Source: Pseudomonadota bacterium (GTDB lineage: Bacteria; Bdellovibrionota; Bdellovibrionia; Bdellovibrionales; SG-bin7). Taken from it: DNA of 34,236 bases. The translations under genes and the position numbers were made by a program. The DNA lies in assembly GCA_034439715.1 (NCBI GenBank), contig JAWXAY010000061.1, forward strand, positions 1 through 34,236, read 5' to 3'. Positions within the stretch are counted from its first letter, which is position 1, and each line of letters begins with the position of its first letter. Below are positions 1 through 7,905 of the stretch, in pieces. Below the pieces are notes generated by a model. It had not been told where the DNA came from and did no database searches. It was given only the letters and a program-made list of their open reading frames with translations.

Positions 1-1
1 T

Positions 2-1048
2 ATTGAAGTGGCGCCAGTTAAGCATGCAGGCTCTACATCAGAAGGCAAGGCGCTAAATATAGAGGAATTTGCGACTCCCGGGCAAAAAACCATAGCTGAT
101 TTAGAAAAATCAACGGGTGTTCCTGCTAATAAATTAGTGAAAACTTTATTTTATTCTGCGAGCGATACCCCCAAAGACTTAAAACCAATTGCGGTTTTGC
201 TTTTAGGTTCAGACGAATTAAATCCCATCAAATTAAAGAACCTGTTGGGACTTACTAACCCACCCCTGATGTTGACAGATGCTGAAGTCAAGGCGGCCTC
301 GGGAGCCTTTCCGGGAAGCTGCGGTCCTGTGGGCTTAAAAATTCCTATATATATGGATCAAGCGGTAGCTGGGCTTTCAAATTTTATTGTCGGCGCAAAT
401 AAAGACGGTTTTCACATTAAGAATGTAAATATCGATCGCGATTTTAAGGCAATAAAAACGGGCGACATTAGACTCGCTCGACAAGGTGATCCCTGCCCCA
501 ACTGCGAGGGAAAGTATGAGTCACATAGAGGTATCGAGGTAGGGCATGTTTTTTACTTGGGCACCAAATATTCTAAAATGCTTAAAGCTGAGTATCTTGA
601 TGATAAGGGCGCGCGCTTTCCCATCGAGATGGGCTGTTACGGAATCGGTGTTACTCGTACCCTGCAGGCTGCGGTCGAACAGAGTCATGATAAAGACGGA
701 ATAATTTGGCCACTTCCTTTGGCTCCCTTTGCCGTTCACATCTGCCTTCTGGACCCAGGAGATAGCGAAACTGCTCAGGTTTCAGAAAAAATTTATCAAG
801 AGTTGGGAAATAAAGGCGTTGATATTTTTGTCGATGATCGGGAGGAGAGACCCGGTGTTAAATTTAAAGATGCCGATCTTTTAGGTATGCCCCTTAGAAT
901 TATCATAGGTCAAAAAGGTTTAAAGTCGGGAAAGCTCGAAGTTGTTGAGCGAAAAACCAAAGCTAAACATGAAGTCGCTCCTGGTGACGTAGTGTCTTTT
1001 GTGAATAGTTGGCTGGAACAAGAGATGAAAAAAAGTAATGCCCATTAG
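2..1048 (+). CDS. proS: Prolyl-tRNA synthetase, C-terminal part (INS editing domain, motif 3, anticodon-binding domain); 5' end outside window
   Basis: RGIEVGHVFYLGTKYS, MGCYGIGVTR, DDREERPGVKFKDADLLG motifs; frame open from position 2. Confidence 0.97.
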   Translation: MEVAPVKHAGSTSEGKALNIEEFATPGQKTIADLEKSTGVPANKLVKTLFYSASDTPKDLKPIAVLLLGSDELNPIKLKNLLGLTNPPLMLTDAEVKAASGAFPGSCGPVGLKIPIYMDQAVAGLSNFIVGANKDGFHIKNVNIDRDFKAIKTGDIRLARQGDPCPNCEGKYESHRGIEVGHVFYLGTKYSKMLKAEYLDDKGARFPIEMGCYGIGVTRTLQAAVEQSHDKDGIIWPLPLAPFAVHICLLDPGDSETAQVSEKIYQELGNKGVDIFVDDREERPGVKFKDADLLGMPLRIIIGQKGLKSGKLEVVERKTKAKHEVAPGDVVSFVNSWLEQEMKKSNAH

Positions 1049-1739
1049 TCTAAAAAATCCCCTTATTGTGGCGCTAGATATCGATTCTAAGAGCGAGGTT
1101 CTGCATTTGGCACGCACTTTAGGGCCAAGGGTGGGCGCAATTAAGCTTGGGCCGCGACTAGTTATTCGCTATGGCAGTGATTTTGTCAGTCAAATCTCAA
1201 AAATATCTCCTGTTTTTTTAGACTTTAAATTTTTGGATATTCCCAACACTATGGGCTCTTCTTTGCGCGCGGCTTTTGACGCCGGCGCCAGCCTATGCAC
1301 CGTTCACGCTTGGGCAGGTGATACCGCGCTCAAAGAAGTTTTCAAAATAGAACAAGAGCTCAATAAAATGCGTCCCTTTCGAGTTTTGGTCGTGACGATT
1401 CTAACAAGTTTCACTGACGAAACTCTCCCGCCTGGGCTAGAAAAATTATCGGCTAAGGACCACGTTCTTAAGTTGGCCGGCTTAGCTCATGTTAATAGCC
1501 TAAGAGGGATTGTTTGTTCGCCCGAGGAGGTTGCCCTGCTCAGAGAAAAATACCCCGATCTTTACCTTGTTTCTCCCGGAGTGCGAATGCCTGATGAGGA
1601 AAAAGGTGATCAGAAGCGTGTCATGGGCCCCAAAGAGACACTCAAGGCTGGCGCCAACGCTGTTGTTGTCGGACGACCCATTGTAGAATCTAAAGACCCG
1701 GCGGGAGCGGTTGACAAATACCTTAATGCTCTACGATAA
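1038..1739 (+). CDS. pyrF: Orotidine-5'-phosphate decarboxylase
   Basis: LIVALD, catalytic DFKFLDIPNT, PGVR...GDQKRV, VVGRPI motifs; overlaps proS by 11 nt. Confidence 0.96.
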   Translation: MPISLKNPLIVALDIDSKSEVLHLARTLGPRVGAIKLGPRLVIRYGSDFVSQISKISPVFLDFKFLDIPNTMGSSLRAAFDAGASLCTVHAWAGDTALKEVFKIEQELNKMRPFRVLVVTILTSFTDETLPPGLEKLSAKDHVLKLAGLAHVNSLRGIVCSPEEVALLREKYPDLYLVSPGVRMPDEEKGDQKRVMGPKETLKAGANAVVVGRPIVESKDPAGAVDKYLNALR

Positions 1740-1747
1740 GTATCGGC

Positions 1748-2470
1748 ATGCGAACAGTTGTTGGTATCCACTCATGCCTCGAAACTTTAATGGTGCGCCC
1801 TCGCGCCATTAAAAAAGTAATATTAAAAAATTCCGCAAAAGATTCTAATGAATATAAAGATATCATTGCGAATTGTGAAAAAAATCGCTTGCGAGTAGAC
1901 TATGCTAGCGAAGGCGTCTTAGATAAAATCGCCCGCACTCACCAGGGCGTCGCCATTGATGTGAACGATGAGCCTAAGCTAAATTGGGAATCGTTAGGTC
2001 AGACTAAAGGCGAAATTATTGTTGCTGTTGATGGTATCGAGGACCCGCATAATTTAGGTGCGATGATTCGGACTGCTTGGCTCTTTGGTGCTAAAGGCAT
2101 GTTTGTGACAAAGCATAGAACTGCAGGGCTTACCCCCGCGGTAAATAAAGTAGCCTCGGGCGGAGTGGAGCATTTGCCGGTAGAGTTCCACGCAAATTTA
2201 GCGCCGCTACTAAAAGAATTAAAGGAAAAGGGCTTTTGGGTTTATGGCCTTTCTGAAAAAGCTAAGCAGCCTCTATATAGAACTCAATTTTCTGAAAAAG
2301 TTGTGTGGGTAGTGGGAAGTGAAGAATCAGGAATTCGTAAGCCCTACCTCGATCTTTGTGATGAACTCATTACTATCCCACAGGTTCATGCTCGCCACAG
2401 TTTTAATGCGTCTGTTGCTCTTTCGATCGCGGTTTCCGAAACCTATCGTCAGATGCAGCAGATTCAGTAG
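1748..2470 (+). CDS. rlmB: 23S rRNA (Gm2251) 2'-O-methyltransferase RlmB, TrmH/SpoU family
   Basis: HQGV, DGIEDPHNLGAMIRTA, VGSEESGIR, SFNASVA SPOUT motifs; position before the tRNA/tuf cluster. Confidence 0.88.
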   Translation: MRTVVGIHSCLETLMVRPRAIKKVILKNSAKDSNEYKDIIANCEKNRLRVDYASEGVLDKIARTHQGVAIDVNDEPKLNWESLGQTKGEIIVAVDGIEDPHNLGAMIRTAWLFGAKGMFVTKHRTAGLTPAVNKVASGGVEHLPVEFHANLAPLLKELKEKGFWVYGLSEKAKQPLYRTQFSEKVVWVVGSEESGIRKPYLDLCDELITIPQVHARHSFNASVALSIAVSETYRQMQQIQ

Positions 2471-2557
2471 ATAATTGTTTTTTAGCGTAATCAGTAAGCA
2501 ATTTCTAGAGCCCTCAATCTAAAAAATAATCGCACAAAAATTACGCAGAGAAACTAT

Positions 2558-2574
2558 CTGGCCTATCGCTTGCA
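2558..2574 (+). promoter_or_regulatory. Candidate sigma54 (-24/-12) promoter
   Basis: CTGGCCTATCGCTTGCA: GG(2560-61)-N10-GC(2572-73), matching YTGGC...TTGCW. Confidence 0.4.
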
Positions 2575-2647
2575 CCAAATACCCTGAACGCCAATTATTC
2601 CTTTGACTACCATAATTTAGTTCAAGTAATTGTTTTCATTACGAGCC

Positions 2648-2675
2648 TTGTCAAAAAAAGAGATACGTCTATTTT
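2648..2675 (+). promoter_or_regulatory. Candidate sigma70 promoter for the tRNA cluster
   Basis: TTGTCA(2648-53)-16 nt-TATTTT(2670-75), ending 14 nt before tRNA-Thr. Confidence 0.35.
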
Positions 2676-2689
2676 TTCTTTTTTTATGT

Positions 2690-2765
2690 GCTGGCGTAGC
2701 TCAATTGGTAGAGCAGCTGACTTGTAATCAGCAGGTTGTAGGTTCAAGTCCTATTGCCAGCTCCA
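2690..2765 (+). tRNA. tRNA-Thr (anticodon TGT)
   Basis: Acceptor GCTGGCG/TGCCAGC, anticodon arm CTGA-CT-TGT-AA-TCAG, T loop GGTTCAAGTCC, encoded CCA. Confidence 0.97.
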
Positions 2766-2805
2766 GATTCGTTATTGTTCAGGAAGAACAAAAGGTTATG
2801 GCAAT

Positions 2806-2891
2806 GGAGAGATACCGAAGTGGCCAAACGGGGCAGACTGTAAATCTGCTGGCTCACGCCTTCGAAGGTTCGAATCCTTCTCTCTCCACCA
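2806..2891 (+). tRNA. tRNA-Tyr (anticodon GTA)
   Basis: Acceptor GGAGAGA/TCTCTCC, GCAGA-CT-GTA-AA-TCTGC, long variable arm, GGTTCGAATCC, CCA. Confidence 0.97.
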
Positions 2892-2921
2892 TGTGTTTTT
2901 AAAGATTAGGTTTGTGAGGGT

Positions 2922-2997
2922 GCGGGAGTAGCTCAATTGGTAGAGCATCAGCTTTCCAAGCTGAGGGTCGCGAGTTCGAGCCTCGTCTCCCGCTCCA
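2922..2997 (+). tRNA. tRNA-Gly (anticodon TCC)
   Basis: Acceptor GCGGGAG/CTCCCGC, TCAGC-TT-TCC-AA-GCTGA, CCA. Confidence 0.97.
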
Positions 2998-3002
2998 TTT
3001 TT

Positions 3003-3077
3003 GCCCATGTGGCTTAGTGGTAGAGCACACCCTTGGTAAGGGTGAGATCGTGAGTTCGATTCTCACCATGGGCTCCA
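3003..3077 (+). tRNA. tRNA-Thr (anticodon GGT)
   Basis: Acceptor GCCCATG/CATGGGC, CACCC-TT-GGT-AA-GGGTG, CCA; completes the conserved Thr-Tyr-Gly-Thr-tuf cluster. Confidence 0.97.
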
Positions 3078-3166
3078 TTTTTTTAAAGGAAAGCAACTTT
3101 TTATTTGAACAAAGCAGAAAAAAAGGTAATAAAAACAGATTCTATATTTAGAAGGAGTACTAAAAA

Positions 3167-4372
3167 ATGGCTAAAGCAAAATATGACCGTAAAAAGCCGC
3201 ATGTAAACGTCGGCACTATCGGTCACGTGGATCACGGCAAAACTACACTGACTTCTGCACTCACGAAGGTGTCTTCTGACCGTGGCATGTCGCAGTTTGT
3301 TCCTTACGATAACGTAGCAAAAGCTTCGGAGTCACAAGGTCGTCGTGACCCCACTAAGATATTAACGATCGCAACTGCCCACGTTGAGTATGAGTCGAAT
3401 AATCGTCACTACGCTCACGTTGATTGTCCCGGTCACGCTGACTATGTAAAGAATATGATTACTGGCGCTGCCCAAATGGACGGAGCAATTCTAGTAGTAT
3501 CAGCTGAGGACGGGCCAATGCCGCAAACGCGTGAGCACATCCTTCTTGCGCGTCAGGTAGGTGTTCCTTCAATCGTCGTATTTTTAAACAAAGTAGATAA
3601 GGTTGATGACCCTGAATTACTTGGTCTGGTTGAACTCGAAATTCGCGAACTACTTACAAAGTACGAATACCCAGGGAATGATACTCCCATTATTCGCGGT
3701 TCTGCTAAAAAGGCAATGGAGGGCGATACTGGCGAGTTGGGCCAGCAAGCAATTTTAAAACTTCAAGAGGCGCTAGATAATTTTATTCCGCTTCCCCCTC
3801 GTGATAAAGATAAACCATTCTTAATGCCCATCGAGGACGTATTTTCAATTTCTGGTCGTGGCACAGTGGTAACAGGACGTATTGAGCGCGGAATCGTAAA
3901 AGTGGGTGAGGAGCTTGAGATCGTAGGTATTAAGCCGACAGCAAAGACGGTTGTTACCGGCATCGAAATGTTTAGAAAAGAACTTGATCAGGGCGAAGCT
4001 GGAGATAACGCAGGATGTCTTCTTCGCGGAACTAAAAAAGAAGATGTTGAGCGCGGTCAAGTTTTAGCGAAAATTGGAACGATCAAACCACACAAGAAAT
4101 TTAAGTGTAATGCTTACGTTCTACTCAAAGAAGAGGGTGGCCGTCATACCCCATTTTTTAATGGTTATCGGCCTCAATTCTATTTTAGCACAACTGACGT
4201 TACTGGCGTGGCGACCCTTAAAGAAGGAACTGAGATGGTTATGCCAGGAGATCGCGTTGATATGACTGTTGAACTTATCTGTCCAATTGCGATGGAAAAA
4301 GGAAAGCGATTTGCTATTCGTGAGGGTGGCAAAACAGTTGGCGCTGGAGTTGTTACAGAAATCCTTGAGTAA
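3167..4372 (+). CDS. tuf: Elongation factor Tu (atypical switch I)
   Basis: [50 protein letters not shown]. Confidence 0.99.
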   Translation: MAKAKYDRKKPHVNVGTIGHVDHGKTTLTSALTKVSSDRGMSQFVPYDNVAKASESQGRRDPTKILTIATAHVEYESNNRHYAHVDCPGHADYVKNMITGAAQMDGAILVVSAEDGPMPQTREHILLARQVGVPSIVVFLNKVDKVDDPELLGLVELEIRELLTKYEYPGNDTPIIRGSAKKAMEGDTGELGQQAILKLQEALDNFIPLPPRDKDKPFLMPIEDVFSISGRGTVVTGRIERGIVKVGEELEIVGIKPTAKTVVTGIEMFRKELDQGEAGDNAGCLLRGTKKEDVERGQVLAKIGTIKPHKKFKCNAYVLLKEEGGRHTPFFNGYRPQFYFSTTDVTGVATLKEGTEMVMPGDRVDMTVELICPIAMEKGKRFAIREGGKTVGAGVVTEILE

Positions 4373-4394
4373 TTGAATAACTAGGACTATATCG

Positions 4395-4429
4395 GAGGTT
4401 TTCGAAATGAGGACCTCGTTTAATATTTT
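4395..4429 (+). terminator. Stem-loop after tuf (weak terminator or mRNA-stability hairpin)
   Basis: GAGGTTTTC-GAAAT-GAGGACCTC (9 bp, 2 G-U) followed by GTTTAATATTTT. Confidence 0.35.
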
Positions 4430-4443
4430 GGGGCGGACAAAAA

Positions 4444-4593
4444 ATGCGTGTAATTATAACTATGGGTTGTGAAGAGTGTAAGGAGCGAAATTACACGACG
4501 ACCAAAAATAAACGAATAATGCCAGATCGCTTTGCTAAGAAAAAATACTGCAGTCGTTGCAATAAGCACACAATGCACAAGGAAACGAAGTAG
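4444..4593 (+). CDS. rpmG: 50S ribosomal protein L33, Zn-binding form, 49 aa (missing from ORF track)
   Basis: Manual translation [49 protein letters not shown]; conserved position. Confidence 0.97.
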   Translation: MRVIITMGCEECKERNYTTTKNKRIMPDRFAKKKYCSRCNKHTMHKETK

Positions 4594-4600
4594 AGCGTAT

Positions 4601-4677
4601 AGGGCAGTAGCTCTAATTGGTAGAGCGACGGACTCCAAATCCGTAGGTTGTGGGTTCGAATCCCGCCTGCCCTGCCA
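4601..4677 (+). tRNA. tRNA-Trp (anticodon CCA)
   Basis: Acceptor AGGGCAG/CTGCCCT, ACGGA-CT-CCA-AA-TCCGT, GGTTCGAATCC, CCA; usual place before secE. Confidence 0.97.
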
Positions 4678-4717
4678 ATATGGGTAGGCAAAATTAGGGG
4701 TAGTAGGGGATATTAAG

Positions 4718-5098
4718 TTGAGCAAAGAGAATTCTAAAATAGTAACAGCCAGTTTTGTAATCATTGGTATTTTAGTGTGGGCAATGGTAGGCATTTTTTT
4801 AGATCTCACTAGCGCTTCTTTTGGCGTCATCGCTCGCTTACAAGATGTTGCTAGCTTTCGACATGGGGTGCCTGTTGGTTTCGGAGTTTTATGCTGGCTG
4901 ATACTGCAGCTGAACTCACGCATTCAACGGTGGGCAGATGAAGTTGTCAGCGAAATGAAGAAAGTGGTCTGGCCGTCACGAAGGGACACTACGATGTCCA
5001 CGATAGTTGTTTGTTTTTTTGCCGTACTGGCGGCGATTGTGATTGGCTCTTATGATATGGTATCGCATTTTTTGATTAATTATATAATCAAACTTTGA
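4718..5098 (+). CDS. secE: Preprotein translocase subunit SecE (three-TM type)
   Basis: EMKKVVWPSRRDT motif, three hydrophobic segments, between tRNA-Trp and nusG; TTG start. Confidence 0.95.
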   Translation: MSKENSKIVTASFVIIGILVWAMVGIFLDLTSASFGVIARLQDVASFRHGVPVGFGVLCWLILQLNSRIQRWADEVVSEMKKVVWPSRRDTTMSTIVVCFFAVLAAIVIGSYDMVSHFLINYIIKL

Positions 5099-5113
5099 TT
5101 GGGGAATTTTAAG

Positions 5114-5641
5114 GTGGCTAAGAAGTGGTACATAATAAACGTTCAGTCTGGCTGTGAGGGTACGGCAAAGGCCGCCATTGAAGAACGCATTAGGTCTCAA
5201 AAAATGGCAGAGCTTTTCGGCGATATTCTTGTGCCCACTGAAAACGTTGTTGAACTCGTAAAAGGACAAAAGAAAACTAGAGCTAAGAAATTCTATCCCG
5301 GATATATCTTTGTGAATATGGATCTCAATGAAAAAAGTTGGCACTTAGTTAAGGGAAGTGCAAAAGTTTCTGGTTTTATTGGGGGCTCGAAGCCAATGGA
5401 AGTTCCTGAAAAGGATCTTGCCAAAGTCACTCAGCAAATCGAAGGCAGCATAGAGAAACCAAAATCAAAGTTGAATTTTAATATTGGTGAAGGTGTCGTA
5501 ATTGTTGACGGCCCTTTCAATTCTTTTAATGGAACAGTTGAAGACGTAAATGAAGAAAAAGGTAAGCTGAAAGTGTTGGTATCGATATTTGGTCGACCGA
5601 CACCAGTTGAATTAGATTTTGTACAGGTTGAAAAAACCTGA
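5114..5641 (+). CDS. nusG: Transcription termination/antitermination factor NusG
   Basis: KWYIINVQSG, FYPGYIFV, KOW DGPFNSFNG, SIFGRPTPVEL; GTG at 5114 preferred over TTG at 5099. Confidence 0.98.
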   Translation: MAKKWYIINVQSGCEGTAKAAIEERIRSQKMAELFGDILVPTENVVELVKGQKKTRAKKFYPGYIFVNMDLNEKSWHLVKGSAKVSGFIGGSKPMEVPEKDLAKVTQQIEGSIEKPKSKLNFNIGEGVVIVDGPFNSFNGTVEDVNEEKGKLKVLVSIFGRPTPVELDFVQVEKT

Positions 5642-5657
5642 TTGATAGGAGATTAAG

Positions 5658-6083
5658 GTGGCGAAAAAGGTTACTGGCGTCATCAAATTACAGATTCCTG
5701 CTGGGAAAGCCAATCCGGCGCCACCGGTAGGGCCAGCGCTTGGGCAACATGGTGTTAACATCATGGAGTTTTGTAAACAATTTAACGCCCGAACACAAAA
5801 GGCGGGGGACACGATAATTCCGGTAATCATTACTGTTTACCAGGATCGATCGTTTACCTTCATAACAAAGACTCCGCCGGTATCCGTTTTAATTAAGCAA
5901 GCGATAAAGCTAGCGAGCGGATCAAAGCAACCCAACAAAGAAAAGGTTGGTAAGATCAAGATGGGGCAAATAAAAGTTATCGCGGAGACTAAGCTTCCAG
6001 ATTTGAACTGTGTTGAAGTTAAGTCTGCAATGTCACAAGTTATTGGTACATGTAAAAGCATGGGTGTAGAGGTAGAGGGTTAG
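5658..6083 (+). CDS. rplK: 50S ribosomal protein L11
   Basis: [26 protein letters not shown]. Confidence 0.99.
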   Translation: MAKKVTGVIKLQIPAGKANPAPPVGPALGQHGVNIMEFCKQFNARTQKAGDTIIPVIITVYQDRSFTFITKTPPVSVLIKQAIKLASGSKQPNKEKVGKIKMGQIKVIAETKLPDLNCVEVKSAMSQVIGTCKSMGVEVEG

Positions 6084-6089
6084 GGAGCT

Positions 6090-6794
6090 ATGGCAAAACA
6101 AGGAAAAAAATATAGAAGTGCGAAAGAAAAAATCGTCGAAGGTAAAAGGTACGGCGCTGCGGATGCTTTTAAGCTTGCTGTTGAGTCAGCTCCTGCCAAA
6201 TTCGATGAATCAATCGATGTTTCAATTAGATTGGGTGTAGACGCTAAGCAGTCTGATCAGCAGGTGCGAGGCGCGATCGCATTACCTCATGGGTTGGGGA
6301 AAAAAGTTACAGTTATAGTATTTGCCAAGGGCCCCAAAGAAGCTGAGGCCAAGAACGCAGGAGCAGATTTTGTTGGCGCTGATGATCTCGTTGCTAAAAT
6401 TCAAGGCGGATGGCTAGATTTTGACAAGGCTATCGCTACTCCAGACATGATGGCTGTTGTGTCTAAAGTGGCTAAGATTCTTGGGCCTCGCGGACTTATG
6501 CCAAATCCAAAAGTGGGGACAGTGACAATGGATGTTGGCAGAACTGTGGAAGCTGAGAAAAAAGGAAAATTGGATTTTCGAGTGGACAAAGAGGGGAATC
6601 TGCATGCTTCGATAGGTCGCAAGTCCCTAGGAGCGGATAAGCTGAAGGATAATTTCATGACTTTGATGGGAGCTGTTTTAAAAGCTAAGCCATCTACGAG
6701 TAAGGGAGTATATCTGAGAAACGTTGTAGTTTCGTCTACAATGGGACCGGGTGTATTGATGGAATTGTCAGAGCTTCAGACAGCGGCTAGCTAA
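6090..6794 (+). CDS. rplA: 50S ribosomal protein L1
   Basis: AKFDESID, LPHGLGK, LGPRGLMPNPK, SSTMGPG. Confidence 0.99.
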   Translation: MAKQGKKYRSAKEKIVEGKRYGAADAFKLAVESAPAKFDESIDVSIRLGVDAKQSDQQVRGAIALPHGLGKKVTVIVFAKGPKEAEAKNAGADFVGADDLVAKIQGGWLDFDKAIATPDMMAVVSKVAKILGPRGLMPNPKVGTVTMDVGRTVEAEKKGKLDFRVDKEGNLHASIGRKSLGADKLKDNFMTLMGAVLKAKPSTSKGVYLRNVVVSSTMGPGVLMELSELQTAAS

Positions 6795-6814
6795 TTTTAC
6801 AGGAGAATTAATTA

Positions 6815-7393
6815 ATGGAACTCGCGAAAGAGCCAAGTTGGAAAAAGAGCAAAAAGTTATTAACCGAGCGCGAAAAGAAAGTAATGTCACTTGGTGATAT
6901 TACTACTGAGTTCGGTAAATCGGTTGGAACATTTGTGGTCGATTTCAAAGGGCTAAATGTTGACTCTATCACAAGGCTTCGCCGGAATTTGCTCAAAGGT
7001 GAATCTGATATGATGGTCGTTAAAAATACTATTGCGAAACGCGCATTGAGCGAAGGCGACAAGGCGGCGCCGGCTCTATTGGATCTATTCGTAGGCACAA
7101 ATGCATTGGTCTTTGCTTATGGCGATGCCAGTGCTACCGCTAAAGCTTTATATGATTTTAGAAAAGATAATGTAAAGCTGGTCGTGAAGGCTGGTTTTAT
7201 GGAAGGACGGAAGCTAGAGGCTGCTCAAGTTGAGGCATTGTCGAAGCTCCCTCCTAAAGATGTATTGCGCGCACATCTATTGGGTACAATGGCTGCTCCC
7301 ATGTCCCAGTTTGTACGTCAGCTGGCTGCTGTGCCTACATCTTTCGTTCGAGTATTAGGTGCAAATAAAGAAAAACAGGAAAAAGGCTCATAA
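6815..7393 (+). CDS. rplJ: 50S ribosomal protein L10
   Basis: VVDFKGL, LRRNL, VVKNTIAKRAL, LSKLPPK; between rplA and rplL; RBS AGGAG at 6801-6805. Confidence 0.96.
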   Translation: MELAKEPSWKKSKKLLTEREKKVMSLGDITTEFGKSVGTFVVDFKGLNVDSITRLRRNLLKGESDMMVVKNTIAKRALSEGDKAAPALLDLFVGTNALVFAYGDASATAKALYDFRKDNVKLVVKAGFMEGRKLEAAQVEALSKLPPKDVLRAHLLGTMAAPMSQFVRQLAAVPTSFVRVLGANKEKQEKGS

Positions 7394-7427
7394 GATTTAT
7401 TAAAAATTTAAGTGGAGGATTGCTTTA

Positions 7428-7805
7428 ATGGAACTCAATAAAAATAGTGTGGTAGATTTTCTTTCAAAAATGCCAGTAATCGAATTGGCGGAAATGATAA
7501 AAACTCTCGAAGAAAAGTGGGGAGTTAGTGCGGCTGCGCCTGCGGCGGCCATGGCTGCAATGCCTGCTGGAGCAGCAGCTCCGGTTGAAGAAAAGACTGA
7601 ATTCACAGTCGTTCTTATGGATAGCGGCGCGAACAAAATAAACGTCATTAAAGAGGTTCGAGCGTTGACGGGTCTTGGCTTAAAAGAAGCTAAGGATCTT
7701 GTTGATGGTGCGCCTAAGAATGTAAAAGAAGGCGTTAACAAAGAAGAATCTCAGAAGATGAAGGCTGCATTGGAAAAAGCCGGAGCAAAAGTTGAGCTTA
7801 AATAA
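7428..7805 (+). CDS. rplL: 50S ribosomal protein L7/L12
   Basis: [10 protein letters not shown] hinge, [29 protein letters not shown]. Confidence 0.99.
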   Translation: MELNKNSVVDFLSKMPVIELAEMIKTLEEKWGVSAAAPAAAMAAMPAGAAAPVEEKTEFTVVLMDSGANKINVIKEVRALTGLGLKEAKDLVDGAPKNVKEGVNKEESQKMKAALEKAGAKVELK

Positions 7806-7849
7806 TATAAGCTTTAATTGTTCGATTTATATAAGTTCTATTTTAACAT

Positions 7850-7884
7850 ACGGCAGTGGGCTTGTTAGCTCTATGCCGTCTTTT
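7850..7884 (+). terminator. Hairpin plus short U tract between rplL and rpoB (attenuator-like)
   Basis: ACGGCA(7850-55) pairs with TGCCGT(7874-79), inner GGGC/GCTC, then CTTTT. Confidence 0.5.
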
Positions 7885-7905
7885 CGTTAATTCTGGGAGT
7901 CCTTG

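Noticed and set aside
2630..3096. ORFs 2630..2902(+), 2796..3008(-) and 2899..3096(-)
   Set aside because: They overlap four intact tRNA genes and translate to typical tRNA shadow peptides.
4601..4677. Possible UGA recoding (alternative genetic code)
   Set aside because: tRNA-Trp has a CCA anticodon, TGA ends secE, nusG and rplC at the expected positions, and no conserved gene has an in-frame TGA.
4420..5344. Minus-strand ORFs 4420..4923, 4491..4691 and 4976..5344
   Set aside because: Antisense to rpmG, tRNA-Trp, secE and nusG, with no recognisable motifs.
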